From NCBI GenBank assembly GCA_964106645.2, contig OZ067046.1: a stretch of DNA of 64,000 bases, one strand, 5' to 3'. The notes under the pieces were generated by a model. The model ran no database searches and had not been told where the DNA came from. It saw nothing but the letters and a program-made list of their open reading frames with translations. The stretch is from Podarcis pityusensis. Lineage: Eukaryota. A program made the position numbers and the translations under genes. Of this stretch, positions 11,690-23,369 are shown in pieces. Numbering within the stretch: position 1 is the stretch's first letter; every line of letters starts with the position of its first letter.

Positions 11690-14374
11690 CTTTAAATACA
11701 AAAAGAGAGCTTACTTTAAATATATTAAGAGCAGAATTGCACAAACATTGACTAAACACTATGGCCATATTCCAGCACAGAATTAAATATACTGTAGCCC
11801 ATTTAAATCAATTGTCTTGTGTGAATTTAGTTCTGTTTTGGATTGTATGACCTATAAATAAATATCTGGGAAACATATACATATGGTATATAAACAGTAT
11901 TACATGCACACACAAGTGTGTTTGTGTGTGTTACTGAAAAGTCTTTTTAATATTAAACATAAGTAACAAGTTGAAGAGGTTGTGACAGAGGGGGAAAGGA
12001 AGTATTTTAATTAATCACTTTAATCACAAAGCTGACATTTTCAAAAAAGATTTTGGATGCTTTGTTTTTGCTTGTTTTCTCCACTTAGGGAGAAACTGTT
12101 TCTTTTTAAAGAAACCCATTAAGAGTATCTGATTCACCTCTCATGCCTAATAACCACTTACCAAAGAGGTAAGAAGAAGAGAATTCTTTAACAGAAGACT
12201 TTTTGAGAAGCTGTGGTGAAATTCAGAGTCCACCAGCAGGCAAAATAGGCTGGAGCTGAACGAAGTATTGCTGTACATTTCCTCACACACTCAGTAAATT
12301 TCATAGCTGACACAATTATACTGTTTTCTTGTCACTCCATCCTTTTTGAAAAATTTCTTGCAAAATCCAACCTTTCTTAATTTCATTCCCAATGTTGCTT
12401 TCTAACTGTAACTACTAGTATAATGCATTTTACCTCTTGAGCAAAGTAATTCAAGAACACCTCCCAAAGAGTGTGCCCTTCAGACTCAACTTTCTCACAT
12501 CTTAAAAACTCAATAGACCGGTGCCACAAACAACATTTTGGCCCTGGGAGGACTTTTGAAGTCTAAGAAACTATAGTGGATATCTCAAAATACACTTTTC
12601 ATAGAAACTAGTGGTGCTTAGAACAACCAACCACAGGCAAAACATCTGCACCCAAAAAAACAAATAAAGCACAGAAAAAGCTGACAGTACCCCCACAAAG
12701 AAGAAACCTTCTCAAGCAGACAACGAAAACACCAGTAAAAAAAAAAAAGTAATGGGAGGGACTGGGAGCCTTGACTAGCATCAGAGAAATGTCTGGGGAT
12801 GCAATGATGCCCACAGGTACCATATTGGGAACTTAGCAACAGACCAAGGACTCAGTTATACAGCTGCAAATATAACATTTTAAATGTGTTTTAAGTACGT
12901 TATACAAAAGTGACGCTAGATGGCAATGGTGAGCTAATGAGAAATTCTATATATATTTGTAAACGTGTTTTTTTAAAAAAAAAGAATTATCACAGGGTTA
13001 TTTATACATGTCTAGATTCAGCCAAACACTACCCCAACTTTTAAGAAACATTTCGTAATTTAATGTCCTCATCTAGCATACTGAAAAAGCTTTTAACTTT
13101 CTAAAACTCAAACTTTATTTACCCCATTGCAAAATCAATTCTGATTGTGCAATAAAAATGCAGAAAACAATAGAATATATAACTTTTTATTATTTGATGA
13201 GTAAGATCGATAAAGAGCAGGACCGTAGGCAAATTAAAACTTTTAGACATTCATATTACATAAAGCAGAATGCCTATAGTTTTAATTTACCTACAATCCT
13301 GCTGTTTATCAATCTCTCTCATCAAGTAATTATAATAAGAGCTGGCTGTACTGGGTTAGACTTTCTTTCATTTGCTGATAATTATGTTTGCTCTTGTTTA
13401 GGAATGTCTGCAACATTTGCCCATCATCCCTTATTTCACAGAGGAAGGCAACTAAGAAGAACAAATCATGCTCAATATGTCTCCAGCCTCACTTACATTC
13501 TTGAAATGAGATACAGTTCGGCATCCCAGTTTGACTGACATATTCCACGAAGTATAAAAACTTGATATTCTAAAATAGCTAAAAGCACAGAAAGGGCAAG
13601 AAGCCAGATAATACTGACTTGGAGGTGAAAGCAAATCTACAGTAATTTAACTATTTTCATTTGTAGTGAGTACGTTTGAAATTAAGAGATCAAGCACGTG
13701 CCCAGTCTTGTCCGCTCCCCAGGGAGAGCGAATTGCTTTTCTTTATTTTCTTTATTCTTTTGGGAAAGTGCCAGAATACCTACACTGCAGGGGTACTGAG
13801 ATATAAAGAAATAAATTCATATTTCTCCTAATGTTTTCACAGTTAGGAAGGGAGTCCTTTTAAGCTTTCTCAGTTTTATCTTTCTTGCATGCACACATAC
13901 ATTCCAGCTATGTGGTCAATGCCATACACACATTGTGACCCCTTGTAGATATTTCAATAAGAACATTTATCCGTACTGCACAGGAGGTTAAGAGTTCAGT
14001 TTGGTAGTTAAGGAGAAAACATAACCTAAAGACAAGGAGCTTCATTAGCGTGTAACCCCAAAATTTTGGAGGGGATCCAAAATTTCAGGGTTACATGTTA
14101 ATGAGCCAAGGGTTCCTCACAGAGGCCTAAGTCCAAGTGATCACTAAGATACTCTGCTGACCACAGACTTTCCTCAAAACACCTAGTGCCATCATCTGTT
14201 TGACTTATGGAGAGCAGCAGGAATCCCTTTCTACAACATTAATCAAGTGCATCTACACTTTAGACATGGAGTGAGCCATATTTACTGAAGAATCCACCCA
14301 GAACACCAACAGTTCAACCACAAACTCATCTTTAATTAAGGGACAACACATCTTCAACTGGTAGTCTTTATATA

Positions 14375-14619
14375 CAGTGGATGCTCGGGTTGCAAACGTG
14401 ATCCGTGCGGGAGGCACGTTCGCAACCCGCAGTGTTTGCAACCCATGACCCGCGCGTCTGCACACACGCGGGTCGCGATTCAGCGCTTCTGCACATGTGC
14501 AAAGCGTGATTTAGCACTTCTGAGCATGCGCAAGTGCCGAAACCTGGAAGTAACCGTTCCGGTACTTCCAGGTTCAACACGGTGCGCAACCCGAAATCGT
14601 GCAACCCGAAGCATGACTG
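14375..14619. mobile_element. Tc1/mariner (Tigger/pogo-like) MITE, 245 bp
   Basis: TA|CAGTGGATGCTCGGGTTGC...GCAACCCGAAGCATGACTG|TA. TA TSD, imperfect TIRs and repeated gcaacccg subterminal motifs. Confidence 0.85.
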
Positions 14620-15493
14620 TATAGGGTTTTTATCTTTCCCCTTTTCTGATCTAACATAACTGTCTATTTAAAGTTCCGTAGCAGCCAGTGCTTTCTTTCT
14701 TTAAAAAATGTTTAGAGGTTCTCTCATTTTGACTCAACAATATCACCATTTTATAGTTCGAATTGGGGAAAATAAATACAGTAAATGGACAAAAATACAA
14801 AGATTCAAAAGTACAAATGCTTAGGGGTATGTGTACCCCTGCGTACCTCCAGGAAAAAAGCACTGGTAACAGCTATTCTGTTTTAAATATAAAGTTCAAT
14901 ATCACCCTCGCCTCATTTCCCCCTCAGACTTTCTGTCCCTCTTTGTGGTGCACTGAGCCTCCTCTAACTGTGATTCCACAACCAACCCTCTCTACCAGAC
15001 ACACACTCTTGAAGGCTTTACCCAAATTCTATCTTAAAACAAAGCTCTCATTATTATTTTTTCCAATTCAGATTCAGTTCCTCAGCTTAAAGGGCTGTTA
15101 GGGAAGGCAGCCGGGGTGAGGGTGGGGATGAGGGCAGCGGTGGGGAGAGTGGAAAAATTCACAAGATGCTGGTGATTGAGTTAAGAAGAAAGTGGGGCTG
15201 GGTTGCCAGGTTTGCTTGTCTCCCTTTGCCCTTCCCTCTTATAGAGCAGGCTGTAGCTTGTGGTTTTGTAAATGGAAACGCCATTTGCCAGAATGAGAGG
15301 CTAAAGGGCAATTTGGCCTCATTTATGAAAACTATTTAAGAAGAAGTATGGAGGAAGGAGCATAGCGTAACTGGAAGCCTCTTTATAGCAGGTCTAATTA
15401 ATAACTGAATGGTCTTTCAGGCCTTTCTTGAACATAAGAAGTCATATAACAGGTTTAACATGCTAAAGGGTGAACAGTAAAGCAAGGAGTTCA

Positions 15494-15840
15494 TAAACCC
15501 TCCAAGTGTCCCTATTTTCCAGGGACATCCCTGATTTAGAGAAGCGGTCCCGGTTTCTGATTTGATCCTGGAATGTTCTACTTTTCCTTAGGATGTCCCT
15601 ATTTACATTGGAGAAATATTGGAGGGTATGGAGTTATTTGGCTCCTGAGCTGTCTGAAGGCAATCCTGTATAGGGAAGATTTTTTTAATGTTTAATGTTT
15701 TATTATGTTTTTATATATAATAAAAAGCTGTCCAGGGTGGCTGGGGCAACCCAGTAAGATGTGTGAGGTATAAATATAGTAAAGTTATCTGTATGGAATG
15801 AGACACCTCTATTTTCAACGGAGAAATGTTAAAGGGTATG
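15494..15840. mobile_element. Composite hAT-like MITE with captured L2 3' tail (copy 1)
   Basis: Left end (c)a(t)accctccaa; the right end ttggagggtatg occurs twice (ending 15630 and, degenerate, 15840). Approximate TSD agttcata/agttcatt. Colinear with 50976-51302. Confidence 0.75.
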
Positions 15841-16301
15841 AGTTCATTAAATGAAGCTGGAAGACTAATCTTGTGCCAGTATTAAGGTAGAACAGTCTTT
15901 TCTGATAGGAAAATGGCATAGTGTAAACAGACGATAATTAAGATGAGAAGTCACCGAGATGAGAAGTGCCCTAGAAGTCAAAATAATTATAGAACTTTTG
16001 CACCAAAATTGTAAATGCTTACATATCTACTAACTACAGATAAGTGCTTTGAAGTTTAACTTAGGCCAGGAAATTTATAATTTCATAATAAAGGTCTTCT
16101 AGGACAGTGTTCAGCAAGCTGAGCTCTGTATATTGGCAAAGGCTATTAATACAGCTTATAATAAACTGAAGTTGAATCCATGCTATCTTTAGTTCAGAAA
16201 ATTATAAGATTCACCACCTCATAAGTAATCTTTCTTTCAAAAGAGCAATTCATGGTAAAATCCATTAACACAGATCTTCAGTATTTTTGTGATACAAAGT
16301 A

Positions 16302-16973
16302 CCGTATTTTTCGCCCTATAGGACGCACTTTTCCCCCTCCAAAAATGAAGGGGAAATGTGTGTGCGTCCTATGGGGCGAATGCAGGCTTTCGCTGAAGCC
16401 TGGACAGTGAGAGGGGTCAGTGCCCACCGACCCCTCTCGCTCTCCAGGCTTCAGGAAGCTCTCCGCAAGCCTTGCAAGCCCGGGGGGAGGTCCCACGGGC
16501 TCGCAAGGGTTGCGGGCAGCAGCCTGCAGCCCACGAGCTCGGGGCATAGCGGGGAGGCGCAGCGCCGCCACCCCGCTATTCCCCGACCTGATCTGAAGGC
16601 TGGCGGGGGGGAGAAGCAAGCTTGCTTCTCTCCCCCCCCGCCAGCCCCACAAGCTCGGGGGATAGCGGGGAGGCGGAGCGCCGCCACCCCGCTATGCCCT
16701 GACCTGATCTGAAGGCTGGCGGGGGGGGAGAAGCAAGCTCGGGGGATAGCGGGGAGGCGGAGTGCCGCCACCCCGCTATTCCCCGACCTGATCTGAAGGC
16801 TGGCAGGGGGGGAGAAGCAAGCTTGCTTCTCTCCCCCCCCCGCCAGCCCCACAAGCTTGGGGGATAGCAGGGAGGCGGAGCGCTGCCACCCCGCTATGAC
16901 CTGATCTGAAGGCTGGCGGGGGGGGAGAAGCAAGCTTGCTTCTCTCCCCCCCCCCCGCCAGCCCCACAAGCTC
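16302..16973. mobile_element. Tc1/mariner-type non-autonomous element, right end missing, carrying a GC-rich minisatellite
   Basis: TA|CCGTATTTTTCGCCCTATAGGACGCAC left terminus with a subterminal inverted repeat (gtgcgtcctatggggcgaa). No matching right TIR after the tandem array. Confidence 0.75.
16536..16973. repeat. GC-rich minisatellite, 4 units (116, 84, 118, 115 bp) built from palindromes
   Basis: Units start agct(c/t)gggg at 16536, 16652, 16736 and 16854. Each full unit contains ggctggc(G)n agaagcAAGCTTgcttctct(C)n gccagcc. Confidence 0.92.
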
Positions 16974-19135
16974 AGAGCAGAAGATTTCATTGAACAAGAT
17001 GATTGGCAAACAGTAAGTATTTTTCCTCATCATTTTGGAGGGAGCCCAGAATTGCAAAGTTAGTTCTTGAGGACCTGGCACATGTGATCTCAAATTGCAT
17101 CTGTCAAAGACAACAACACTGTGCCTGGTATAACCTGTCAAAAGTCTCATCAAGCATCAACATGGTAATATAAGCTGGCAACACTGTCCCATTCAGCGCC
17201 ACATTCATATCAATACACAATCTATGCTCCCTGCTTTAACGCTGTGGCATTTTCCAAAACTATGAGCAATAGTAGCCATTCCAGTGTGGCTTCCTTGAGT
17301 ACTGTATTGCTCTAGGAAAGGCAATAATCTTTATAAATCAGTGGTGAGGGAAGAGATGCATTAACCATGGGATCCTGCCCCCCCCCCCAATAACTCTTCT
17401 TGTCAATAAGAGGGAGAGATCCTTCCTTCCTGGGATCCTTTGGAAGGGACAGCAGGTATCAAATCAAACCAATCCCCAATGTAAAAGGGGCAGGAAAAGA
17501 TCTAACAGTGTTTGGCTACCTTGGGGTTAAATCCAACACCCATTTACCCAAATGGAAGTTCCTAATTCTGTTAATCACCAGAATTCAATGTACGATTGCT
17601 ATCGGTGAGCTGGTAACCTTACTAGGTGACCTCTGGGCAAAGATATAGGCAGAAAAGTTTCACCGGTTTATGATTGCTCCTTGCACACAGAACCAAACAA
17701 AGCAAAACAAAAACCCATTTCATGGCTTTAACAAGCTGTGAGCAAAAGAATGAACAAAAGCCACAGCAGAAATAAACCATTGTGTTTAAATTGCCACCTA
17801 CGTGAAACAGCTGCTAGAACTAGGAAACAGACATAGCAGATGCTTCATACTTAAGCGCTCATTCAAGTTGCAGGCATTTTATACAATTTCAGTAAAAAGC
17901 AACAACAAACCCCTAACTTGAATAAATCAACCAAGTTGGCTGTGAAGCCAATAGCTACTATGTGTAAAAGTATTTCTGTTTTCATTTATTAATAGCGTGT
18001 GTTTCTATAACACAGTTAATGTATCACCTGTAAATCTACAAATGTACATAAAGCGCCTGTCTGACATCAAGGCATTATATAACATTAGAAAAGAAAGGGT
18101 TCCCCGCTACATCAATGGGAGATTGTCACCACATGCTAATTTCAGTACATTAGAGGGCAGATTTTCATCAGGCTTGTTGCTAGAGACAGAAGGGTAAGGT
18201 TAAACCTCCCCTCCTCATGCGCCGGAATAAAATTAAAATAATAATGTGGTACCAAGAAGTACAATTATTAATTAACTACCAGCCTGGCCCACAGATGAGC
18301 AAATCAGATTTGATATGGGAGGATAATTTACACATTCATTAAGGGAAGAAGATTTGTTAAAATCTGATTTTAATATATTTTTCCTTTTAAGCAAATCTTT
18401 CTGCATTCCCCATTAAAGTGAGCTCATTGTCACATAGGTGGCTGCCCTTTGTTCACTGAGCACTGGGTTTTCTAATCTGCTTTGTAACATAGAATACTAT
18501 GCAAGGACATGACATTCAGTCTGAAGTGAGATGCTTTAACTCCATTAATCTGAGATTTAAGGGATATATGAGACAAAAAGAGTACTTTATACTAAATTCT
18601 TGACAGACATCCTTTTTTGAGAACATCAGAATGGGGATTTAATGGACTGCAGCTGTGAGCCTTGGGGATTCTTCATTTCCTATTCTTACCCCCCCCCCAT
18701 GATAATTGAGGCAGATTTTCTTTCTATATGTTATAGGTGAATTTCACCAATAAAAGCAGTAACCTAAAATTTAATAAGCTGTACTCTGGTTTCTGTTTGC
18801 ATTAATCTTTCACCTTTTACTAGAGATTTCCACACAGAGGGAAATTTATGATCATAAAATAATCAAGTGTTGATAAACATGTATAAAATAAAGCAGCAAA
18901 GATGAGCAACAGAAGCAGATAAAAACTAGCAGAAGCATATAAAAACGTGCAGAAACACTCAAAATGTATTCACTTAAGCCCTGAAACGAGAACACAGTTG
19001 CCTCTTAGCAAGCCTTACAGTGAGAGTGTTCCAGGATGAAATATGACAGAAAAAACCCATCCTTGAACACCACTTGCTTCCTGATCTAGCAGAGGGATCT
19101 GCAGAAGGGCAGTGGAATTTGTTGAAATACTTATA

Positions 19136-20133
19136 CAGTGGTGCCTCGCAAAACGAAATTAATTCGTTCCGCGAGTTTTTTCATCTAGCGAATTTTTCGT
19201 CTTGCGAAGCACGAAATCCCATAGGAATGCATTGAAATTCAATTAATGCGTTCCTATGGTCAAAAAAAGTCCAAACAAAGCCAAATTTGGTACAACAAGA
19301 GTGCTCTTTAAAGTCACACATACTGTAAAGAGCATTTCAAAAATTGAAGGAACAATAAATTAAGTTTCTAAACATGACAGAAAAACATTTAAAAATCAAC
19401 AAAGTGTACAGTACATTTTCTAAGACTCTGGGGGACAACTCGAAGAAGGTTCCTCTTCCACTCTTTGCTTCTTGATGAAGAACCCCCTCCTCAACTGTTC
19501 CCCTAGCCACCCACCACACAGAAATTCAAATCCAGAAATTTTTTAAAAAAACAGCAGAGTGGCCCAATGGTCACAGAAAATCATAAAAATGCAGGAAAAA
19601 AAACACACAAGCTTCCAGATTCTTGCAAACCCCTCCTCAACTGTTCCCCCAGCCACCCACCACACAGAAATTCAAATCCAGAATTTTTTTTAAAAAAACA
19701 GCAGAGGGCCCAATGGTCACAGAAAATCATAAAAATGCAGAAAAAAACACACAAGCTTCCAGATTCTTGCAAACCCCTCCCCAACACCAAGTCCTTGAAT
19801 TCCAAACACCCCAACCCAAAATCCAAAACCCCCCCAAAAAAGTTTTAAAAGTTTAAAAGAAGTTTTGGAAAAGCTTCAAAAATCACCAAAGTCTTCAAAA
19901 ACCTCAAAAAAGGCTACCACACCGCGTTCTATGAGTTGCTCCTCGAAGTCAAGTCGCAACTGTATTAACGGTGTTAAGAAAAAGGAAACAAACTTGCAAG
20001 ACATTTTCGTTTTTCGTCTTGCGAAGCAAGCCCATAGGGAAATTCGTCTTGCGAAGCAGCTCAAAAAACGGAAAACCCTTTCGTCTAGCGAGTTTTCTGT
20101 CTTGCGAGGCATTCGTCTTGTGGGGCACCACTG
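19136..20133. mobile_element. Tigger/pogo-like non-autonomous DNA transposon, 998 bp, with internal ~147-bp tandem duplication
   Basis: TA|CAGTGGTGCCTCGCAAAACG...CGTCTTGTGGGGCACCACTG|TA, with repeated ttcgtcttgcg subterminal motifs. Duplicated block about 19481-19627 / 19628-19780. Confidence 0.9.
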
Positions 20134-20320
20134 TAGCACTTACAAAGCTATTCACAGTTTTGTTTATGAGAATGTAAGTACACCAACCATTTGACTGCAG
20201 GATATCACTTCATAAGCTATAAAAATTATCCTTAAAATGTAAGGTTACAAAAGCAATGTTAGATACAAGAAACAATGAAAGAAAGAAAAACTTTATTAAC
20301 GATGAAGTCTATTTTGGCAA

Positions 20321-21610
20321 CTATAAGTAGGATGGCTGGGCCTGCATTTTTTAGGCCAGTATGGGGTTTGATGGTTGTCAAACTGTCTCAGATCATTAGT
20401 GGTACACACCCTGCTTCTGTATTTCATATTTATAGCAGCCACTGCTGAAAAACCTGCCTCGCAAAGATATATACTGTATTTTTCTGTGTATTGGACGAGG
20501 TTTTTTGACTCAAAATTTATGTCAAAAAACTGGGGTCATCCAATACACAGATAGTGGTATGGGGGGGCGAAGCGGTGCACCACCAGCCAGCTCATTGGTG
20601 GGAGTGCAACTTCCCCCGATGCCGCTGTGTAGTCCCTGCATTGTTTGCTGCGCGCAGTGGCATCAGAGCATAATGGCTGGTGGGAGCACGGGAAACAATC
20701 TAGGAAGTGTTTCCTGCCCCCAGCTGTGTGGGGGGAGAGGCTCAACAACTTTGGGCCATCTCCCCTCATTTTCCTAAAATTGAGTCCCCCAAAATAGGGG
20801 GAGGGGGTCTTATACACGGGGGCATCCTATAGACTGAAAAATACAGTACTACCAAATGACAGCAGCACAGATACTGCTTCATCACCAGGCTCAAGATACT
20901 CAATGGTAACATGAATCAAGCATTCAGATAACCTCACTTCCAAAATATTATCTGTGAAGACCCTATCACAAGACAGTTCCAATCCGTAATTCTTTTTTCA
21001 CAAAGACAATTTTGCAGCATCAGTTGCAAGTGTGCTTTGCACGTACTCCCGTTTCTTCAGCTGATAAATTTTTCATGTGGCAAATTCAAATGGCTCGTGA
21101 TTGTTTGCTTAATGTTAGTTTTAATCTCACTTTCTTTATCGTCAAGTGAAACAAGAAATTCTATCAAGCATGTAAAAGAATCCATTGTCCTCTGCCAAAC
21201 CCAAACTGCCCAGAACTCAATTTTTCTCATGAAAGTTGTGGCATGTACAAAGATCTTTTTGTCTCAACCTTGTAGGCTTAAGTTCAAGTCATTCACATTA
21301 CAAAACATGTCAGTGTGGTATGCTAACTTTGCTAGCCAATTGTCTTGGCTAAATTATTTGCAAGTCAGGACTTCTTGATCAAAAGAAACACATGTACTTG
21401 TGTAACTCAAAGAGTCTCTGCAGCACAAGGCCCCTTGACAGCCAACAAACATCTGTGTGAAGTTGTAAGTGTACATGTTCAGAATCCATCTCCAAACATA
21501 AGATTTCAGACACACATGCACTGAGCAAACTGGTGTTGAGAAAGTTTACAATTTTCATGGCATTGGTGAATACTTCATGAAGTACTTCATCTAGCCCAAC
21601 CAAAGGCAGA
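20321..21610 (-). mobile_element. Decayed hAT (Charlie/Buster-group) transposase, C-terminal half
   Basis: Minus-strand motifs: KIVNFL..LC.EMDSEHVHLQLHTDVCWLSRGLVLQRLFEL; WLAKLAY..MF...NDLNLSLQG; EY.E....A..VLLSFGS/IYLCEAGFSAVAAINMKYRSR...DLR...QAQPS*. Contains stops and frameshifts and is interrupted by the MITE at 20474-20846. Confidence 0.88.
20474..20846. mobile_element. Tc1/mariner-type MITE, 373 bp
   Basis: TA|CTGTATTTTTC...GAAAAATACAG|TA, with TIRs and a TA TSD. Confidence 0.88.
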
Positions 21611-21806
21611 TCCTGTGCATTGGAGGTGAGCTGAGTCACTAAAACAACTGTCTGTATGAGCAGCTTGGGGCGAACGATCACTGGATCTGCCCCTGAGAGG
21701 AGTTCCCAAGATTCAGCCTTCCTGGTGTTTGGTTACAAATGTCAACATGGCATTATAATAAGACAACAAAACAAAAAGGTGTAAGAGATATTCCTCATTA
21801 AGGATT

Positions 21807-22137
21807 GTTGTTGTTGTTGTTTAGTTGTTTAGTCGTGTCCGACTCTTTGTGACCCCATAGACCAGAGCACGCCAGGTCTTCCACTGCCTCCTGCAGTTTG
21901 GTCAAACTCATGTTTGTAGCTTCGAGAACACTATCCAACCATCTCGTCCTCTGTCGTCCCCTTCTCCTTGTGCCCTCCATCTTTCCCAACATCAGGGTCT
22001 TTTCCAGGGAGTCTTCTCTTCTCATGAGGTGGCCAAAGTATTGGAGCCTCAGCTTCAGGATCTGTCCTTCCAGTGAGCACTCAGGGCTGATTTCCTTCAG
22101 AATGGATAGGTTTGATTTTCCTGCAGTCCATGGGACT
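21807..22137 (-). mobile_element. Bov-B (RTE clade) LINE 3' fragment
   Basis: ORF RVPWTA..SNLSILKEISPECSLEGQILKLRLQYFGHLMRREDSLEKTLMLGKMEGTRRRGRQRTRWLD, a (CAA)n tail, and a perfect 13-bp TSD ctcattaaggatt (21794-21806 / 22138-22150). Confidence 0.95.
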
Positions 22138-23014
22138 CTCATTAAGGATTATAATCAATAATTACTTTGGGATTGCATATAAAGGCCACAACCAATTTGC
22201 ACAGGCTTCACAACCCACTTGTGGCTCATGACCCACAGGTTGGAAGATGTTGTTTGAGCTCCACCCATTGGGCCATCTACATAAGCTAGATGTTATATGG
22301 AGAGATGCATATGTAGATATACATTTTCCCTAGTGGTTTTCTTTTTTAAACCCACAGAAGATCTTAAATTAGCCCTTAGCACTTCTCTATTTCTGTATGG
22401 CTGTCTTGACCTCATTTTAACTTTATCATTTTTTTAAAAATTGCTCTCTATTGCTACCTGTTATGAAAAGAGAAGGGAGCTTAAAAATATTTTGTAATAC
22501 TCCATGTATGTTAGCTGATTAAAAAAAGTTAGGGGGGAAGTTCACCAGGTTCATACAAGCCTAGAGGTACTGATTTTCTGCTTGCCCTGGGAAAAATGAG
22601 ATGTACATCAGAAACATGAGAAATACCCCCTAGAATTATGTAATTGTTTATTGTGAAATATAACAGAATAGTCTATTGATTTTTCTTTGCCTCATTGTTA
22701 TTAATTCCATCACAGAAGCACAAAAATATAATTTTCTCCTGATAACTGAATCACTTTCCATTTGTAAATTGACATTTGCCTCTTATGTGTTTTTAGAACA
22801 ACATATCATATTAACAGGGCAGGGACTTTGTTAAAATTATCTTATTGATTTTTCCTTTCATACAACTCCCAACTATAAATGCCAAGCAGGTACAAACATG
22901 AAACATGAATTGTTGTTCATAATAACTGAAACTCCCAAACTAAGTTGCCTATTTTTATCAAACCTGTTTCTAGTTTCTCAGGTAGCCCAAACTATAATAC
23001 AGTTAACATAGATA

Positions 23015-23369
23015 CAGTGGTGCCTCGCAAGACGAAATTAATTCGTTCCGCAAGTTTTTTCGTCTTGCGGTTTTTTTCGTCTTGCGAAGCACGGTGTCGG
23101 AAAAGTTTTGGAAAAGCTTCAAAAATCACCAAAGTCTTCAAAAACCTCAAAAAAGGCTACCACACCGCGTGCTATGAGTTGCTCCTCGAAGTCAAGTCGC
23201 AACTGTATTAACGGTTTTAAGAAAAAGGAAACAAACTTGCAAGACGTTTCCGTCTTGCGAAGCAAGCCCATAGGGAAAATCGTCTTGCGAAGCAACTCAA
23301 AAAAGCAAAAACCCTTTCGTTTTGCAAGTTTTCTGTCTTGCAAGGCATTCGTCTTGCGAGGTACCACTG
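23015..23369. mobile_element. Tigger/pogo-like MITE, 355 bp, internal-deletion relative of 19136-20133
   Basis: TA|CAGTGGTGCCTCGCAAGACG...CGTCTTGCGAGGTACCACTG|TA. The first ~78 bp and last ~270 bp align to the 998-bp element. Confidence 0.92.

Noticed and set aside
16278-17153. Several 92-179 aa repetitive ORFs
   Set aside because: By-products of a GC-rich, stop-poor minisatellite in a non-autonomous transposon.
19481-19780. Direct repeats as a CRISPR-like repeat-spacer array (also considered for 16536-16973)
   Set aside because: Plain tandem duplications without unique spacers, in eukaryotic transposons; no cas genes.
21379-21681. Domesticated ZBED5/SCAND3-like gene
   Set aside because: The reading frame is broken by stops, frameshifts and a MITE insertion, and the N-terminal half is absent; it is a fossil transposon.
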